A stretch of DNA of 64,000 bases from Marsupella aquatica (taxonomy: Eukaryota; Plantae; Marchantiophyta): positions 27,905,145 to 27,969,144 of the forward strand of contig OZ316891.1 in the NCBI GenBank assembly GCA_973895155.1, in the 5' to 3' direction. Shown here in pieces: positions 11,254 to 25,231 of the stretch. Each line of letters begins with the position of its first letter. Position 1 is the stretch's first letter. Below the pieces are notes generated by a model. The model did not search any database, was not told the origin of the DNA, and saw nothing but the letters and a program-made list of their open reading frames with translations. The translations under genes were made by a program, and so were the position numbers.

Positions 11254-13395
11254 TGATGCATATGCTCACACAACAAAGCAGAATAGGATCAAGTTGGATC
11301 CTACATCCAAGAAATATATTTTTCTTGGGTATTAGAGTGGTGTGAAGGCCTATAGGCTATGGGATCCTATTGCCTGTAAGCTCGTTGTCAGTAGGGATGT
11401 TTCCTTCAATGAATCCAGATTATTGAAGGAGGGGGAGAATACTCAGGTCTCCCGTACTGACAAAGGAAAATCTCTTATCCCGGATCTGGTTGAGGGGGAG
11501 ATTAATCATGAAGTGCATGATCAGAGAGAAGGAGGTGCTCCAAGCATGGAGTTGGTTCCTGTGCCTGAGGAACAAGAGGAGCTTGTTGATGCTGGTGAGC
11601 AGCAAGTGGATGCTGCTGAGCTTCAAATTGTACCACTAGACGCAATTCAACCGGAGTCATCGGCTAGAAGAACATTTGGTCGCACTGTACGCGCTCCTCC
11701 TAGGTATGGACAGTGGGTTGATTCATCTCAACTACAAGAGGATGATTTTGCAGCTGATGATGAGGGTGATGCATTAATTTTGGAAGAAGGGGAACCTTCT
11801 TCATTTCATGAGGCAAGTGCTTCAAAGGAGAAGCAGAAGTGGACTGCAGCAATGCAAACAGAGATGCAGTCACTGAAGGACAACAAAACTTGGGAGCTTG
11901 TTAAGCTACCTAAGGGTCAGCAAGTGGTGGTCAACAAGTGGATTTACAAGCTCAAGGATAATTCCGCAGGAGATGGATTGAAGGTCTACAAGGCTAGGTT
12001 GGTAGCAAAGGGATTCACACAAGAGAAAGGTGTGGATTACAATGAGGTCTTCTCACCAGTTGCTAAGTACTCTACAATACGGCTATTGTGTGTGCTTGTT
12101 GTAATGTTTGGTTTGCTGCTAGATCAGATGGATGTTGTCACAGCTTTCCTCTATGGCACCTTGGAAGAGGTGATCTTCATGAGACAGCCGCTAGGTTTTG
12201 TGAAGAGAGGACAGGAGGAATTGGTTTGCAGATTGCTGAAATCCTTGTATGGGTTGAAGCAGTCACCAAGACAGTGGAACAAGCGGTTTGACGATTGGAT
12301 TCGGTCACAAGGTTTTCACATGAGTGTGTTTGACCCTTGTGTATATTTAAAACTGGTGAAGAATGTTGTCTTTGGGTTCATTGTTTTAGTACTTTATGTG
12401 GATGACATGCTTATTGCGGCCATGGATAGATCTAAGATTGTTAAGCTTAAGGCATTGCTAAGTATATAGTTTAAGATGAAGGACCTAGGGCCAGCTAAGA
12501 CGATTTTGGGTATGGAGATCACTAGGGACTTGGAGGCTAATAAGCTATGGTTGACACAAAGCAGTTATGCGAGGAAGGTAATTGCTAGGTTCAACATGGG
12601 GATAGTAAGCCAGTAAGTACCCCTTTGGCTCCACACTTCAAATTGTCATCAGCTTTTTGTCCCACAGATACGACAGAGAAGAGGCTGATGTCAAAAGTTC
12701 CTTATGATAAGGCAATGGGAAGTCTCATGTATTTGATGACTTGCACTAGACCTGATCTTGCCATGGCTATGGGCAAGGTGAGCAGGTACATGTCGAATCC
12801 AGGGAAGGTACACTGGGAAGCAGTGAAGTGGATTATCAGGTACTTGAAGGGTACCGTGGATCATGGTCCTTTATTTGATGCAAATGCAAAGAATGCGAGA
12901 TCATTGACTGACTATGGACAAGATCTGGACAGAAGGAGATCAACAACAGGGTACGTGTTCACACTTGGCGGTGGATGCATAAGTTGGAGGTCTACTTTGC
13001 AAAAGTGTATTGCTCAGTCTACTACAGAAGCGGAGTATGTTGCAGCAGCGGAAGCAGCGAAGGAAGCGATTTGGTTGGATAGACTTATCACTGAAATGGG
13101 ATTGCCACAGGGGAATGTGAAGCTCCATTGTGATAGTCAAAGTGCGCTCCACCTTGCTGTGAACCAGGTGATCGATAGTAGAGTGAAGCACATAGACGTC
13201 AGGTACCATTTTATCAGGCAGACTGTGTTTGATAATTTGTTTGAGCTAGTCAAGATAGACGATAAACTCAACCCAGCTGACACATTTACCAAAGTGATTC
13301 CTTCGGAAAGTTTCTCTAGACATCGTGACGTGCTGCAGGTTTTTGCAATTGCGTCACAAGTAAGGGTTTTTCTTAACATTCGTTGTAATTACTGA
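11254..13395 (+). pseudogene. pol: Copia pol (RT/RNase H) with in-frame stops and a frameshift
   Basis: Stop in GY*SG near 11335, stop at 12467-12469, and a frame change near 12600 between ORFs 11342-12469 and 12625-13395. Confidence 0.88.
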
Positions 13396-13555
13396 TATAT
13401 GCTCTTCTTCACTCCTAGTAATAGGCTACGACTTAGTTCTGGTTTGCTCTAGTTAGAGAGAGGAAACCATGTTGGTTTTCATCCAGAACTTCCCGCTGAG
13501 GAATCATATAGGTTAGCAGTATTACCCTCCCCTAGACCAGAGTCAAGGGGGAGAT

Positions 13556-13911
13556 TGTTAGGTATTTACTCAAGGTCTAGGGTTACGGCATGTAACCGTA
13601 GTTAGACTAACCGTAGTTGGAGACGTGGTTAGGTTAACTAGAATGCACACTATATGCCAAACGGTGTTTGCTTGGATAAGTGGAACTTAGGCTCATTGTT
13701 ATGGAGCCACTTGAGAGATGAGGAGAGCTTACAATGTAAAGACTTGGTATGGCCGACGGGCTTAGAGTTCAGTAAAGCTCTCTTGTGTGTTCTCGTGGAC
13801 GTATCCTCGAGGAGGTGAACCACGTATCTCTTGTGTTGACTACTTGCGCGTTGAATGTGTCATGTGCTTACCGTTACAAGTGTCGTCTATGCTCAACAAG
13901 ACCCCTAAACA
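13556..13911 (+). repeat. Copia 3' LTR (about 356 bp)
   Basis: Starts TGTTAGG right after the PPT and ends CCTAAACA (imperfect terminal inverted repeat), followed by AT-rich flank. Confidence 0.72.
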
Positions 13912-14488
13912 CATAATTTCAATTGGTTTTGACCAAGTTTCAATTGTTTATATCAATTTTTAATTTTTTTTAACTTACAATTTTGGATTCTTTGAGTTGA
14001 GAGGTACAAGAGATTAGTAAAAAAACAGAAAACCTAACATGGTCAATTCAAGGATGTAAAGTCATTATGAAGAAGTAAAAACTTGCCTCATAAAAAGTGG
14101 AGTTGCGGGGTGGGAATGAGGTGTGACTCTACCACTTTACATATATACACATTCTCCTATCCTCTGTGAAAATGATATATGGGAGGAAACCTCAAGAAAA
14201 TGGGAGTATGTTCCACATGGAAAGGAGGTACTAGATCTGCCTTGAGCACAACTCCCCTTCCCATGCTGGCTATATATATAGTTTGGCTGTACACCCCTGT
14301 ATTGTAAAAAGCCTCTACAATATGGTTTTCATAACTATAATTTGAATTCATAACTATAAAAACCTTCTACAAGTTGGCTTTGAATGGAGAGCTAAAAGTG
14401 CAGTTGACTAAAAAATGAAACCTACCATGGTCAATTAGACAAAAGCTCATTATCAAGAATAAAAAATGTGCTATAAAAATGGGATTTC

Positions 14489-14788
14489 CCCAGGTCCTCA
14501 CTTATTTTCTTCAGACCCATCACACGCAAATAAGTATAGGGTTTTTTTATTGAGTTTAGTGAAATATTTTTAAATTTTTGTTGAAGAACATTAGGGTTTA
14601 GGGATCCAATTTTGAGAATTGTAAGAATCATAGGGTTTTTTAAAATCAAATTTGAGAATATTCTTGGAATATTCCATTAAGTTAGGGGTAAAAAATTCAT
14701 AAAAGAACTTTATTGACTTAATTTGTAGGGTGTTTATTCCCCCAAAACTTTGCGCTTGATATGGGACACACCTCGGATTGAGGCTTGC
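14489..14788. mobile_element. Degenerate MITE related to the 30424-30720 element
   Basis: Shares internal blocks (agaacattaggg...atccaattt..gagaatattc..gaatattcc) and a similar length. Ends are degenerate and no TSD was verified. Confidence 0.45.
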
Positions 14789-16589
14789 ATATTTGAGTCT
14801 CAATTTCTCTGTCCTTGTTCAAGCTCGACCATGTTGAGTCCCCTTCACAGCTTGTTGATGATGTACACAAGGTCTGCTCAGTTTTGTTAACAATCATAAT
14901 AATAGTCAACTCGCGAGTCAACCTAATTTTCCATGGGATGGAGGTCACACTATATGGAAGACAATACATCATGTGCAAAAAGTTACTTATGAGCCCCTAT
15001 AATCTTGCACCCTACAAAAACTTGTATGAACTAAGTCAATCATATGTATGATGTGCTGGGCCTCCGTCCAAGTAAAATTAGTGAACTCCACTGCAATTGT
15101 GACCTTGTCCCGGGCCGGTGCCTCTTATCTCTTCAGTTGTTATTTCTGTTTTTCTATAAAAAATGATCTTGTTACCGGTAATAAATATTAATAATTATTA
15201 GTTTAAAATCTATATAAATGAATCTTGAAGCATTTGCACTACTCCGCATATTAGTTAAGACTGAGGGCCCAGGGATAGGATGACATGCATGCATTTAATA
15301 ATTGAAAAACCTTATATTTTATTTCACAATTTAGCCAATCTTTCTCAAGATAATTAAAATGACCCCATTCTTCCTTGCATGTGATCAATGTTCCATGCAC
15401 TTCCATGGAAGTGATCCCCCTCCAGCTGATGTTTTCAGCTATAAATGAGGAAAGAGTAAGTTGAGTGTGCACTGAACTAATTAAGTGAACTTTTTAAGCT
15501 CAAAATCAATTAAATCTTTATATAGCACATAAAAAATGATAGGTTGTTAAGTCAATCACATCAATGTAAGTTTTGCCCTTTCTTCTTTGGCATCCATGGA
15601 AGAGAAATATGACTGAATGAAATCTAATAGAAGATCTGAATGGGAAGAGAAAATTGGTTATTATTTCATGCATATTAAGAGAACTGGCCCCTAAGTGTGA
15701 TTGGGGTCCCTGCCCCCCCCTCTTAGGTAGGATTGGTAAGTGAGAACTATTCAGAGGTTATTTTATTCATTCCAAGGTAAATTTTAGAAATTATTATCTT
15801 ATAGCCCCTGTTTCCATGGTAAACAAGACATGTAAGTAATGACTGTAATATATTGAGAATTTGGTGTGTATTAGATTTCATGAAGGGCCCCCCAATAGGT
15901 ACTGATGTGTGTCATTGTTTTAGTGGATCGACCAGGTGTCAATACGTAATAATTACTAATGTGACATTATACCCACCTTCAAATATTACCAAATTCATTC
16001 ATAATTATGGGCCTATGGGTTTTAGGCCAGGTTTAGGGTAGGATTTATTCAAAAGTTTATTGGGAGGTAGGGGGTTTAAACCTTAGTGTTTCTGCAAGAG
16101 GAAACACAATGGCCCTTTGGAATGGTCCAAACCCTGGCCACTGGATCCCAGGGAGACAACATCTAGGCCCTACATTGATCAATCCATGGTCGAGTTAACC
16201 CACAAGGCAGCGGGTTCCAGAATATGAAGTATTGAGTGTCTAATGACACTTTTGGGACCATTCAACAAAGCAAAGCTTACATTTGCACTCAGGTTCACAC
16301 TGCAATTTCATCCCTGCCGTTTCATTAGTGTACCCAATGGATGGCTCCTTTCGGATCAGTGGAATAGACGAACAATGACTAGCTACAGTAGCTACAGCAG
16401 GAGGCTGAAGTGAGTAGATAGCACTGACTATTGACAACTAGGGTGATTGAGCAGCATTTACGAGTACGTGGAGTGCAGAATCTAGGTAGTATTGACTATT
16501 GACAAGTAGGGCGATTGAGCAGTCCGTGGAAGGCAGAATCTAGGTAGTATTGACTATTGACAAGTAGGGCGATTGAGCAGCATTTAAGA

Positions 16590-17219
16590 GTATGTGGAGG
16601 CCCTACTCCTGGAATACTTGTGCAAACACATTTTGGCGTTGCTGCTTCTCCTTCTCCACCAAATTAGCTCTTCAATTCTGAAGATTTGAGGGCCTCGCCT
16701 ACTAACGAGTTTGCTCAGAACGGAGACACTCTTCCACCCTTTTCTCCCGTAGAACAAGCTACTCTCTTAGACGAAGTGGGGAACACGGACAGTTCGAACT
16801 ACATGCTTTGAAGCTGCTGTCAGGCAATTCAGTGGGGCGCAATGGAACTAGTGTCGATAGTTCTAATGAAGCGTGCACTGCGGAGCTGCTTTCATGGAAT
16901 TCATTGGGGCGCAATAGAACTAGAGTCGATAGGTCTCTTGAACGGTGCACTGCGAAGACGGGCGTTCATTGCCACTTGCCGAATTTGTCAAGATGAGGGC
17001 GAGCTCAGGAACCTCGACAGTCCATGCTCTTGCTCTGGTTCGATCAAGTACGTCCATAAAAAATGTCTCCAGGACTGGTGCGACGCGAAAGGAAATACCA
17101 TGTGTGAGATCTGCCAACAGCCTTACAGAGATGGCTACAGAGCTGGTCCTCCATCTCGTCCCCAAGTGGTGGCCAACCATATGGGCCAAATTGCAAACCT
17201 TGGAGCCGTAACTAGCTGA
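16590..17219 (+). pseudogene. Intronless RING-CH (RINGv/MARCH-type) E3 ligase-like gene, copy 1, frameshifted and truncated
   Basis: CRICQDE...LDSPCSCSGSIKYVHKKCLQDWCDAKGNTMCEICQQPY (C4HC3). The upstream part shifts frame relative to copy 2 and has a 69-bp internal tandem duplication at ~16812-16953. Confidence 0.8.
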
Positions 17220-17222
17220 CAA

Positions 17223-17634
17223 TGTTTTGGAAGATGTGGAGGGCTATGTTTTGGAAGAAGTGATGGCTTTTTAGGATAAAGTGGGGGTCCCCAGTGGAAG
17301 AAGTGGAAGAAGTGGAGCCCACTGGCTTTCTCACTATGGCTGATTGATTGCCATTGCGGTTCGTGTTGCCCGGCAGGCCAATGTGCAAGTTGAAGACCCC
17401 CTCAATTGGGTGTTGGAAAGGACCCGTTGGAGCTAGCTAGTTCTCCGGATCGATATGTCTAGGGTTGGACGGATAGGACTGAAGAAACCACCCTTGAACC
17501 ACAGAATTGTTAGGGCATTAGCTCCCGGCTGTGAGTCGATCACCTGGGCTATAGGAGTCTAGTATAAGAACCTGGTTTGTGTCGTTCAGTTGATATCTCA
17601 ATTCATTGTGTCAATTCTAACATGCTATCAGAAC
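17223..17634 (+). mobile_element. Probable copia-type LTR remnant with degenerate tRNA-iMet PBS
   Basis: TGTT... at 17223 to ...CTAACA at 17622, followed by TGCTATCAGAAC (canonical PBS TGGTATCAGAGC). Sits where RING copy 1 ends. Confidence 0.45.
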
Positions 17635-19555
17635 GGTTCTCATTGGGATCTCTGCTCGTATTACCAGTACTATGTTATCATAAAACATAAAGCATGACTG
17701 CCACTACAGTCCTATGAGAATCTTTCTTAGTCGGTAAAACTGGTACTGCGGAATAGGAGGATGTGATCTACGTGATTTGTTAATTAATTTCCATTGACTG
17801 GAGTTGTATGCTTTGTTTATTTCATTGACTGTATGAGGAAATTTCTGTGCGCAGCAAATATATATACTTATTTCTATCTGAAAGCTACAAGCATGCAAAG
17901 TGCATCTATGGTCATTTTATCAGAAGTCTCAGAAAGTGATTGGAGACCAAGTACATAAGAAGGACATGATGTGCGAGACGTTTGAAAATGTGATAATTAA
18001 GGGCATGTAAAAAGAAGAAGAACCGGACTGCGTTAATGCGTACTGCCCCAGGTTTAATACGAAACTGGTTTATATCGAACTACAACTTTCTCGAGTAGAC
18101 GTCGTTGAGGCAAAGGACGCTGCCAACTATCATAAAACATAAAGCAATCACTGCCAGTACTACACTCGTATGAGAATCTTTCTAAGTCAGTAAAAAATGG
18201 AACCCCTTTTGTTAGGACAGCTTTACTCAGGGAGACAGACCAGCTGAACTTATGAGAAAGCCTAAATGTCTTGTTCATCGTATACTATGATCGAGCTCGG
18301 CAAGTCTAGCTACTTTGGCTGAATTACAGATTTCAAATGTCTGAACAAAATACTCCCCTGTACTCCCCTAGATCTCGCTGACCGATTAGGTACGTTAGTG
18401 TTAGTTAGGGTTAGTTCCATCCACTAGGGAGAGTAGTGAATAACGGCAAGTACCTGCTCGACGGCTCTTGTCATATTTAGTTTACTAAGCTGCAGGCCAT
18501 TAAGGTTGGTGCGCCCCGTTACTGTTCACTCTCGGCCTGCCCCGGCCTTGCCGATGTGTATAATACCTCCTTGATCGGAGAGCTTAATCAAGCTTTACTG
18601 AAAAATTTCCACAGAAACCCCTCAGGGCAAACAAATGCCACTCAATATTATAGTATGCAATTCAATCCAGTCAAATTAAGGAACCTCCATATATTCCATT
18701 ACTTCAGCATGATCTTTTCCTAGCTTGATCTTGGTCATTTTTGCAAATCTTTTATTTCTATAGTCACATTGCGGATGGAGTCCGCGCAGTCACAAGTGCA
18801 CTCAATAATTGCTATATCTAGTCTCAAGTGCAGGCAATAACATGACTACTGTATCTGGTCACAATAAATAAGATAATTCGTCCTATCTGTGATGGACAGG
18901 CTCAAAAGTTTATCAAGGAGTAGTCAAGGGGAGTTGTGAGATGCGTTCACAAATCACCGTTTTTCTACAAGTTAAGTGCTTCATCTGATGCCATTTAACT
19001 TGATCGATCGAGTGCAGGACCTGGAGGCTGGGGAACTTTTCGAATTTTGCATTTTGTGCAACTGAGTTTTTGCACAACCCTCATGCAACCGAAAGACCAT
19101 GGAGCTTAAAAGTGATATGAAGAGGACCCAAAATCCCCACAATCAAAATCTAAAGGGCTTGCAAAAATAATGTCCATGAAGGGGTAGTTGATCAGAAAAA
19201 AAATCAAGCTCCAGAGATAGTACGTACAAACCAAGCCAGGGGAAAGCTCTATTAAGCACACCAAATAGAAACGACAAGGTGCACAAACCATAGCCCAGGA
19301 GCAAATAGTTCAGTGTAAAACGTTTTCAAGAATATATATCAAACGGACCTTTGAGGAAGATAATTTAGTTTAAAATGATCATTGATGTTAATTTATGATC
19401 CAGGCCCGCTCCAGGTTGATCGAGGATCGATCATGACGATATCTACACCATGCGCCTTATACAATAACTAGAGCTGTCATGCATGTAAAGTAAGTACGTT
19501 GTGCATTGAACTACGTACTTAAATTCTAAATTAAGTTCAAATAAATATACATTAA

Positions 19556-19557
<2 letters not shown>

Positions 19558-19597
<40 letters not shown>
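19558..19597. repeat. (AT)20 microsatellite
   Basis: Read directly from the sequence. Confidence 0.95.
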
Positions 19598-19599
<2 letters not shown>

Positions 19600-21783
19600 T
19601 CACACCTTCTTAAGCCAATGACATCAAATGTTAGTTTATCTAGTACGTGAGTCCTTCGTTCTTTAACATACACGGAAGATAGTGATGGAAAGAAATTTTT
19701 AATTAATAGAAAACTTCATAGGCTAGCTATTATTTCGTGCAACTTAGTTGACCGCGCGCAAAGAATTATGCTTGATGTACTCAGAATGTGGTTGTGTTGG
19801 TGGCAAGACATCGATCAGTCAAAATTTGATATAGCCACGCACGAGAAGCTTCCGAATATCAGTACAGTTAGAGTCAACCTTGCTTACGAACCAGTACTAG
19901 CTGTCCGCAAGTGAGGGTAAACCCTAAAATATGCATTCTAGGCTAATTAATCTATTAGGACTAGAGCCATTTCAAGATTAAACCTACGGAATTTGATTTC
20001 GAAGCCCCTTAGTGAGGCAAGGATGTACTATACTAAGGAATAGGAGGGTGTAACTTACGTGATTCTTGACTAGATGAAAAAACATGCGCAAATGTGACTG
20101 ATGCCCCTGTTTGAGCAAATAGATTTAACATTGATCGACAATATATATGACTGTGATTCAGAAGAAACTTGTGCCTTGCAAGAACCAATACGTCTCGAAC
20201 GTAGCAAAGAAAGGTGAAGTACCTCGCCTTGAAATGTCAGGCCGGGAATTCAAACCATCAGAAGGAAGCTAGGTCTGATCGTGCGAACTTATTCGATCTG
20301 AGTAAGAAAGGACTGATGTTCTGTCGGCAGTAAAGATGCGATGAGCACTTGAAAAAAGTTCTCTAGCTTGACAGTGGCATTCGATCCGGAACAATTTCTC
20401 TAGCTTGACAGTGGCATTCCAGATCCTAATTGTTCCGTTGAAGGCCCTGGAGGCCCAAGGGATGTTTAGGACTTAGAGCTACGTACGGTTGCTCTGATGA
20501 GAATGGGGATTCTTGTTATTGTCATAGATGGGTAGTAAGGGACTACAGTCTTCAGCGCATATAGCGTATGCTCAACTTCAACTATACGCAGGGACTTGAA
20601 CTTGAAGATGGAAGAGGCACAGACGACAAGGGTAACCAGGTAATGTAGAAAGGTCCTCCACTCTTCTATAGATAAACTATGCTAATACTCCAAATCATCC
20701 ATTTAAAACTAGAGTAGCATGGGCTCATACTTTGTTCAAGTATTAATGTCAGCATTGTGGCCGTAAAATTCGATACTATAAAGGAAATGAAGTATGTTAA
20801 TTACGTAGTGAAGACTAGCCACAGTGATGCAGACGATCGCAATTAATGTTACAATAAAAGTTTTTTGCAACAGTGAAATATATATATATCAAATCTCCAT
20901 GCATTCAACAGCTATGTTTCTTTGATAAGAAGAGTCAGAAACGGATTTAGGACGTTTCTATACACAAAAGAGTGAAATCATTGCCCGAGTCGTTTAAAAA
21001 TGTGATGAGAGCAATATGTAAAAGGTAGAGGAACCGCGTGGCGTTAATTTGTCCCAGTGCCTTATCGAGGTTTAATGAGTAACTGGTTGATGTCGGACTA
21101 CAACTTTCTCGAGGAGATATTGAGGCAAGCGGACGCTGCCAAGCCACTACCATTTCGGCTGGCTGGTGGTGGCAAGAGTGAGGTAATCTTACTTAATTAA
21201 CTGGTAGACCCACACACTAGGGAATTTTGTCTGTACCGGAATTTTGTCTGTACACTCTGGGCACCGTTCAATCAAACAAAACTTACATTCCCCCTCAGGC
21301 TCCCACTGAAGTTTCATCTCTGCCGTTGTACCCAATAGATGGGTTCTTTTAGATGAGTGGAGGAATTGAGAGATGAACAATGACTACAGCAGGAGGCTGG
21401 AGTGCTGGCTGGAGTGGTGGATGTAGTTAACACTAGCTGACTATTGACAGGTAGGTTATTGTGCAGCATTTTGGATTGGAGAAGAGTGGAGTGCAGGACG
21501 TAGATAGCTAGCGCGCACTGACTATTGACAACGTACTAGGGCGAGTGGAGCAGAAGTTACTTAAGAGCTAGTACATAGAGGACCTACTCCAGTATTGCTA
21601 ATGCAAAAACGTACAGTTTGGTGTTCTTGTTCTCCAGCTCTACAACCGCTACCTCGCTCCTCCAAACTTTTCTGAAGATTTGAGACCTCTCCTAGCTGCG
21701 AACAACTTTGCTCAGAACGGAGACACTCTGACAACTATCTTTTCCGCAGTAGGACAAGCTGCACTCATAAACGAGTGGGAAAC

Positions 21784-22221
21784 ATGGATACTTCATGCGC
21801 TTCTCGGCTACTGTCAGACAGTTCGTTGGAGCGCAATGGAACGAGGGTTGACAGGTCTAGCGGAGCGTGCACTGCGAAGACAGGTGTCTTTGCCGCTTGC
21901 CGAATTTGTCGTGACGAGGACGACCTCACAAATCTGGATACTCCATGCTATTGCGCTGGTACGATAAAGTACGTCCATCGCAAATGTCTCCAGGATTGGT
22001 GTGATGCGAAAGGAAATAAGGTCTGCGAGATCTGCCAACACCGTTACAAAGATGGTCACAAAGCTTGTCCTCCATCTAGTCTTCAACAGGAGGCCAACCT
22101 TGACGAAGACGCCCAAATTCCCAATTTATTGGCCGAAATATGGGCTCGACTGGACGCTGCCCATGCGGCTGGTGTTGCCCAACTACAAGCCTACACTGCC
22201 CAACGGCAGGTGGGTCGGTAA
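21784..22221 (+). CDS. Intronless RING-CH (RINGv) protein, copy 2 (upstream part frameshifted, may be a pseudogene)
   Basis: CRICRDEDDLTNLDTPCYCAGTIKYVHRKCLQDWCDAKGNKVCEICQHRY. About 0.9 kb including upstream sequence (~21250-22080) is homologous to ~16250-17160. Confidence 0.78.
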   Translation: MDTSCASRLLSDSSLERNGTRVDRSSGACTAKTGVFAACRICRDEDDLTNLDTPCYCAGTIKYVHRKCLQDWCDAKGNKVCEICQHRYKDGHKACPPSSLQQEANLDEDAQIPNLLAEIWARLDAAHAAGVAQLQAYTAQRQVGR

Positions 22222-25200
22222 GCGTTTTATGCTGAAATTGAACACCTCAGTCGCAGGCACTGATGCTGAAAGTAATACATATGTGGCTCTGGAAGCCAAT
22301 ATTGGAGACAACGCGTGGACGAGGCAATCGGCGTTCAATGCTGAAATTGAACTCACCTAGCTAGAGGCAGTGTGTAGCTGATGCCCAAAGGAACATCTAG
22401 CTTTGGAAGCCATTCTGTGGAGGAGACACAGGGCAAGATGTATAGGAGGCATTCAATAGGACCCAACTTGTCCAGACATTTTCAGATACAAGTTTTATTT
22501 AGTTAATTGGCTAGATTGAGAGAAAGATCGGGAGTGTTACAAGTTGTGTGCATATTTCTTTTTCATTTAATGTGCTAAATATACATTTTGAAGACTATGC
22601 TTTCTTCTTAAGAACTTCCCTAATTGGTTGTTTTGCAAGCAGTATGACTTGTTTATGGAGCTTGTTTATGGGATTCACATTTTTGGCCTGTGGAAACCCC
22701 TGAGTGTCCAAATTTGCATAATCTAAAAGCACAGTTTAAATGGCATTTAAATGGCATCAGATTAATTAAGGATCTTCCAGATGTCATTTAAGCAATCAAG
22801 TAATAGTTTATCATTCTCACTGTGTGTTGACTGGTCCAACCCAAATGCATACTCACCAGCACAGACATTACTAGATATAGCATGCTCATCCTGGAACATG
22901 CTTGCTTTTTTGTCTTGTAGTGATCTGAAAGTACATAAAATATGAGAGCATAACTAGAAGGATAAAATAATGTAAATGAAGTGTTTACCAAGTTTAATGT
23001 ACACAACTACACAAATAAGGCACAGTGACCAATAAAAACTACAGTCAAGTTTTATGACACAACTATGCTACGGCTTAATTAATTTAATGTGCCTATGAAT
23101 GACACTCATTTCAATAAAAACCATAAACTTAGGAAAGAAAAACATGAGGGGAACTTAAGGCATTATCCTAAAGTATAATACACAGTTGCGCCACTTTTTA
23201 GAGTGGTCGTCATTCAAATTTGAAGGGCATAAAAATTTAAAAATGTGATCAAAGGTAAGTAATAAAATCAAAATGTGGATTGAGTTTAGTGTGACACAAA
23301 AAGTTACACCATTGTCCAAGACAAGCCAAATAATCACATGAGACACCCCAAAAAGTGAAAGACTTTAATTAATGCACGACAATCAATGCACGAGGATCAA
23401 GGAGGATACTCCCTCCAGGCCTCCATGATCCGTATTGTACATACTTAGAGTATTCTACATATTCAATATTATGTGCAACATAGTTCTGTATAATAGTGAT
23501 AAGAGGAGTTTAATTGCTAATAATATTTTAGTCACTTGATAAATAAAAAATTGTTCTCCCAATATTTGTGGTGATTTTTAGAGTCATTTGCACTATCAGT
23601 TTCAATGCCAAAAACAACAGTAATAAGGCCCAAAGACATAGTGAAACGCATGACACGGACGTTGATGGCAAGTTGTCGGGCGAGGGGCACACTTGCAATG
23701 TAGGGCAGCCCCTCGAAGGGCTCCAGTCGCGCACGGGTGGGGAGGGAGGGGGTGGCGAGCGAGTGGAGTGATGGTGAAATGGGGAAAAGGAGGAGGTTAA
23801 GGTTTAAAAGGAACATAAGAGGAAAAGAAGTTTAAAAGGGGGGAAAAACACCTCTCATTTTGTTATACTTTTGTGGTTGTCATAGCCAGTGGTTTGTGCA
23901 ATGACGTCTTTTATTCAAAGAATTTTTTTGTGCAAGGAGAAAAAGAAAAAGGGAACTTTTGTGGCTGCCGTGGCCAGTATTTTGCACAATGATATCTTTC
24001 ATTCAACAAAAAGTTTTGTGCAATTTTTATTCAATGATATCTTTTGCACCATGAGCTATTTCTCAACAACATCTTTTATGCAACGCACGGGGATTGAAAG
24101 GATAGCGATAAAATGGTCATCTTTGCTAAACCCTAAAACCTTAAACCTGAAACCGATAATATAACATTGCGCCAATGTATAGAGTGGTCGCCATTCAAAT
24201 GCAAGGGCATTTTGGGTAAAAAACAAACAAAGAAAAAGACTTGCTCCTTCTCTCCTTGACTTTTTACTTCATAACATCTTTCACATAATGACAACTTGGA
24301 TGAAACGACACCTTTTTTTTCTTTATAACATCTTTTACTTCACGATATCTTTGGCAAAATGACACATTTTTCTTATCAACATCTTTCACATAATGGCATC
24401 TCATGCCTAAGCATGGTTTTTCCTAGTTAAATTTAGCCCTAGAAACACATTTTGTGGAATATGGCAAAATTTGCCACTAATAAAGCCATCTAGTTAATAA
24501 GAGTTCCCAACACCTGCAAAAGAAACATATATAGCTCAGGGCCCACAATCCATTAAACTTAATGAATTACAAATTCTTGTGGCAGGTAATCTATTGTAGC
24601 ACTGATTCTATAGGTATAAGTAAATTGTGATATGAGAAAGGATGCAAAATATTTCTATGGAAAATTTTGAAAGATTGATTCTAAATCAATTTATCTTTGG
24701 GAGACTTTTATATCTATGGACTTTTATATGTCATTGTAGAGTATGTGCCCAAAGCATGTGAGTTGCACAAAAGATGTTGAGATGCATTCATAGAAACTTA
24801 ATATCAATGTCAAGGTGAGGAAAAGAAGTTGAGGTGAGAAAAAGATATCAAGGAGTGAAAAGAAGGCAAGGTGAAAAAGATGAGAAAAAGATGGGGGAAA
24901 AGATGTTGAGGGTTAGGAAAATATTTCATGGCACTAGTACATTTTTGGCCCATTATCCGATGCCACATCCATCGGATCCATTCGGAAATGAAGCAAAGTA
25001 AAATTGGGCTGTTCGAAGCAACACGCTACGCACTTTCCCATTCAAAACGCATGGGATATGGACCATATAGGAGGGTTTGAAAGAGAGGTTTCAGTTTTAT
25101 AGTATCTTGGGTTACTTTTATGGTATCTTAGGAGGGTAACCAAGAGGGGTGGCATATAATTATGGTAGAGAGAAGCATAGGATGGTTGAAGGGAATTGAC

Positions 25201-25231
25201 CATTTAGGTTTTTGCTAACTTCATTGGCTTA

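Larger units (their letters stand above)
11254..13911 (+). mobile_element. Ty1/copia LTR retrotransposon, 3' part (integrase C-terminus, RT, RNase H, PPT, 3' LTR), interrupted by CACTA-1
   Basis: KLDP...GY..GVKAYRLWD, KARLVAKGFTQ, QMDVVTAFL, LKSLYGLKQSPRQW, YVDDML, RPDLA, STTEAEY, KHIDVRYHFIR. PPT AAGGGGGAGAT at 13545-13555 precedes TGTTAGG. Confidence 0.93.

Noticed and set aside
23600-24930. Degenerate ACATCTTT/AAAGATGT-rich tract that may be an old TIR element
   Set aside because: No termini, TSD or coding remnant could be defined.
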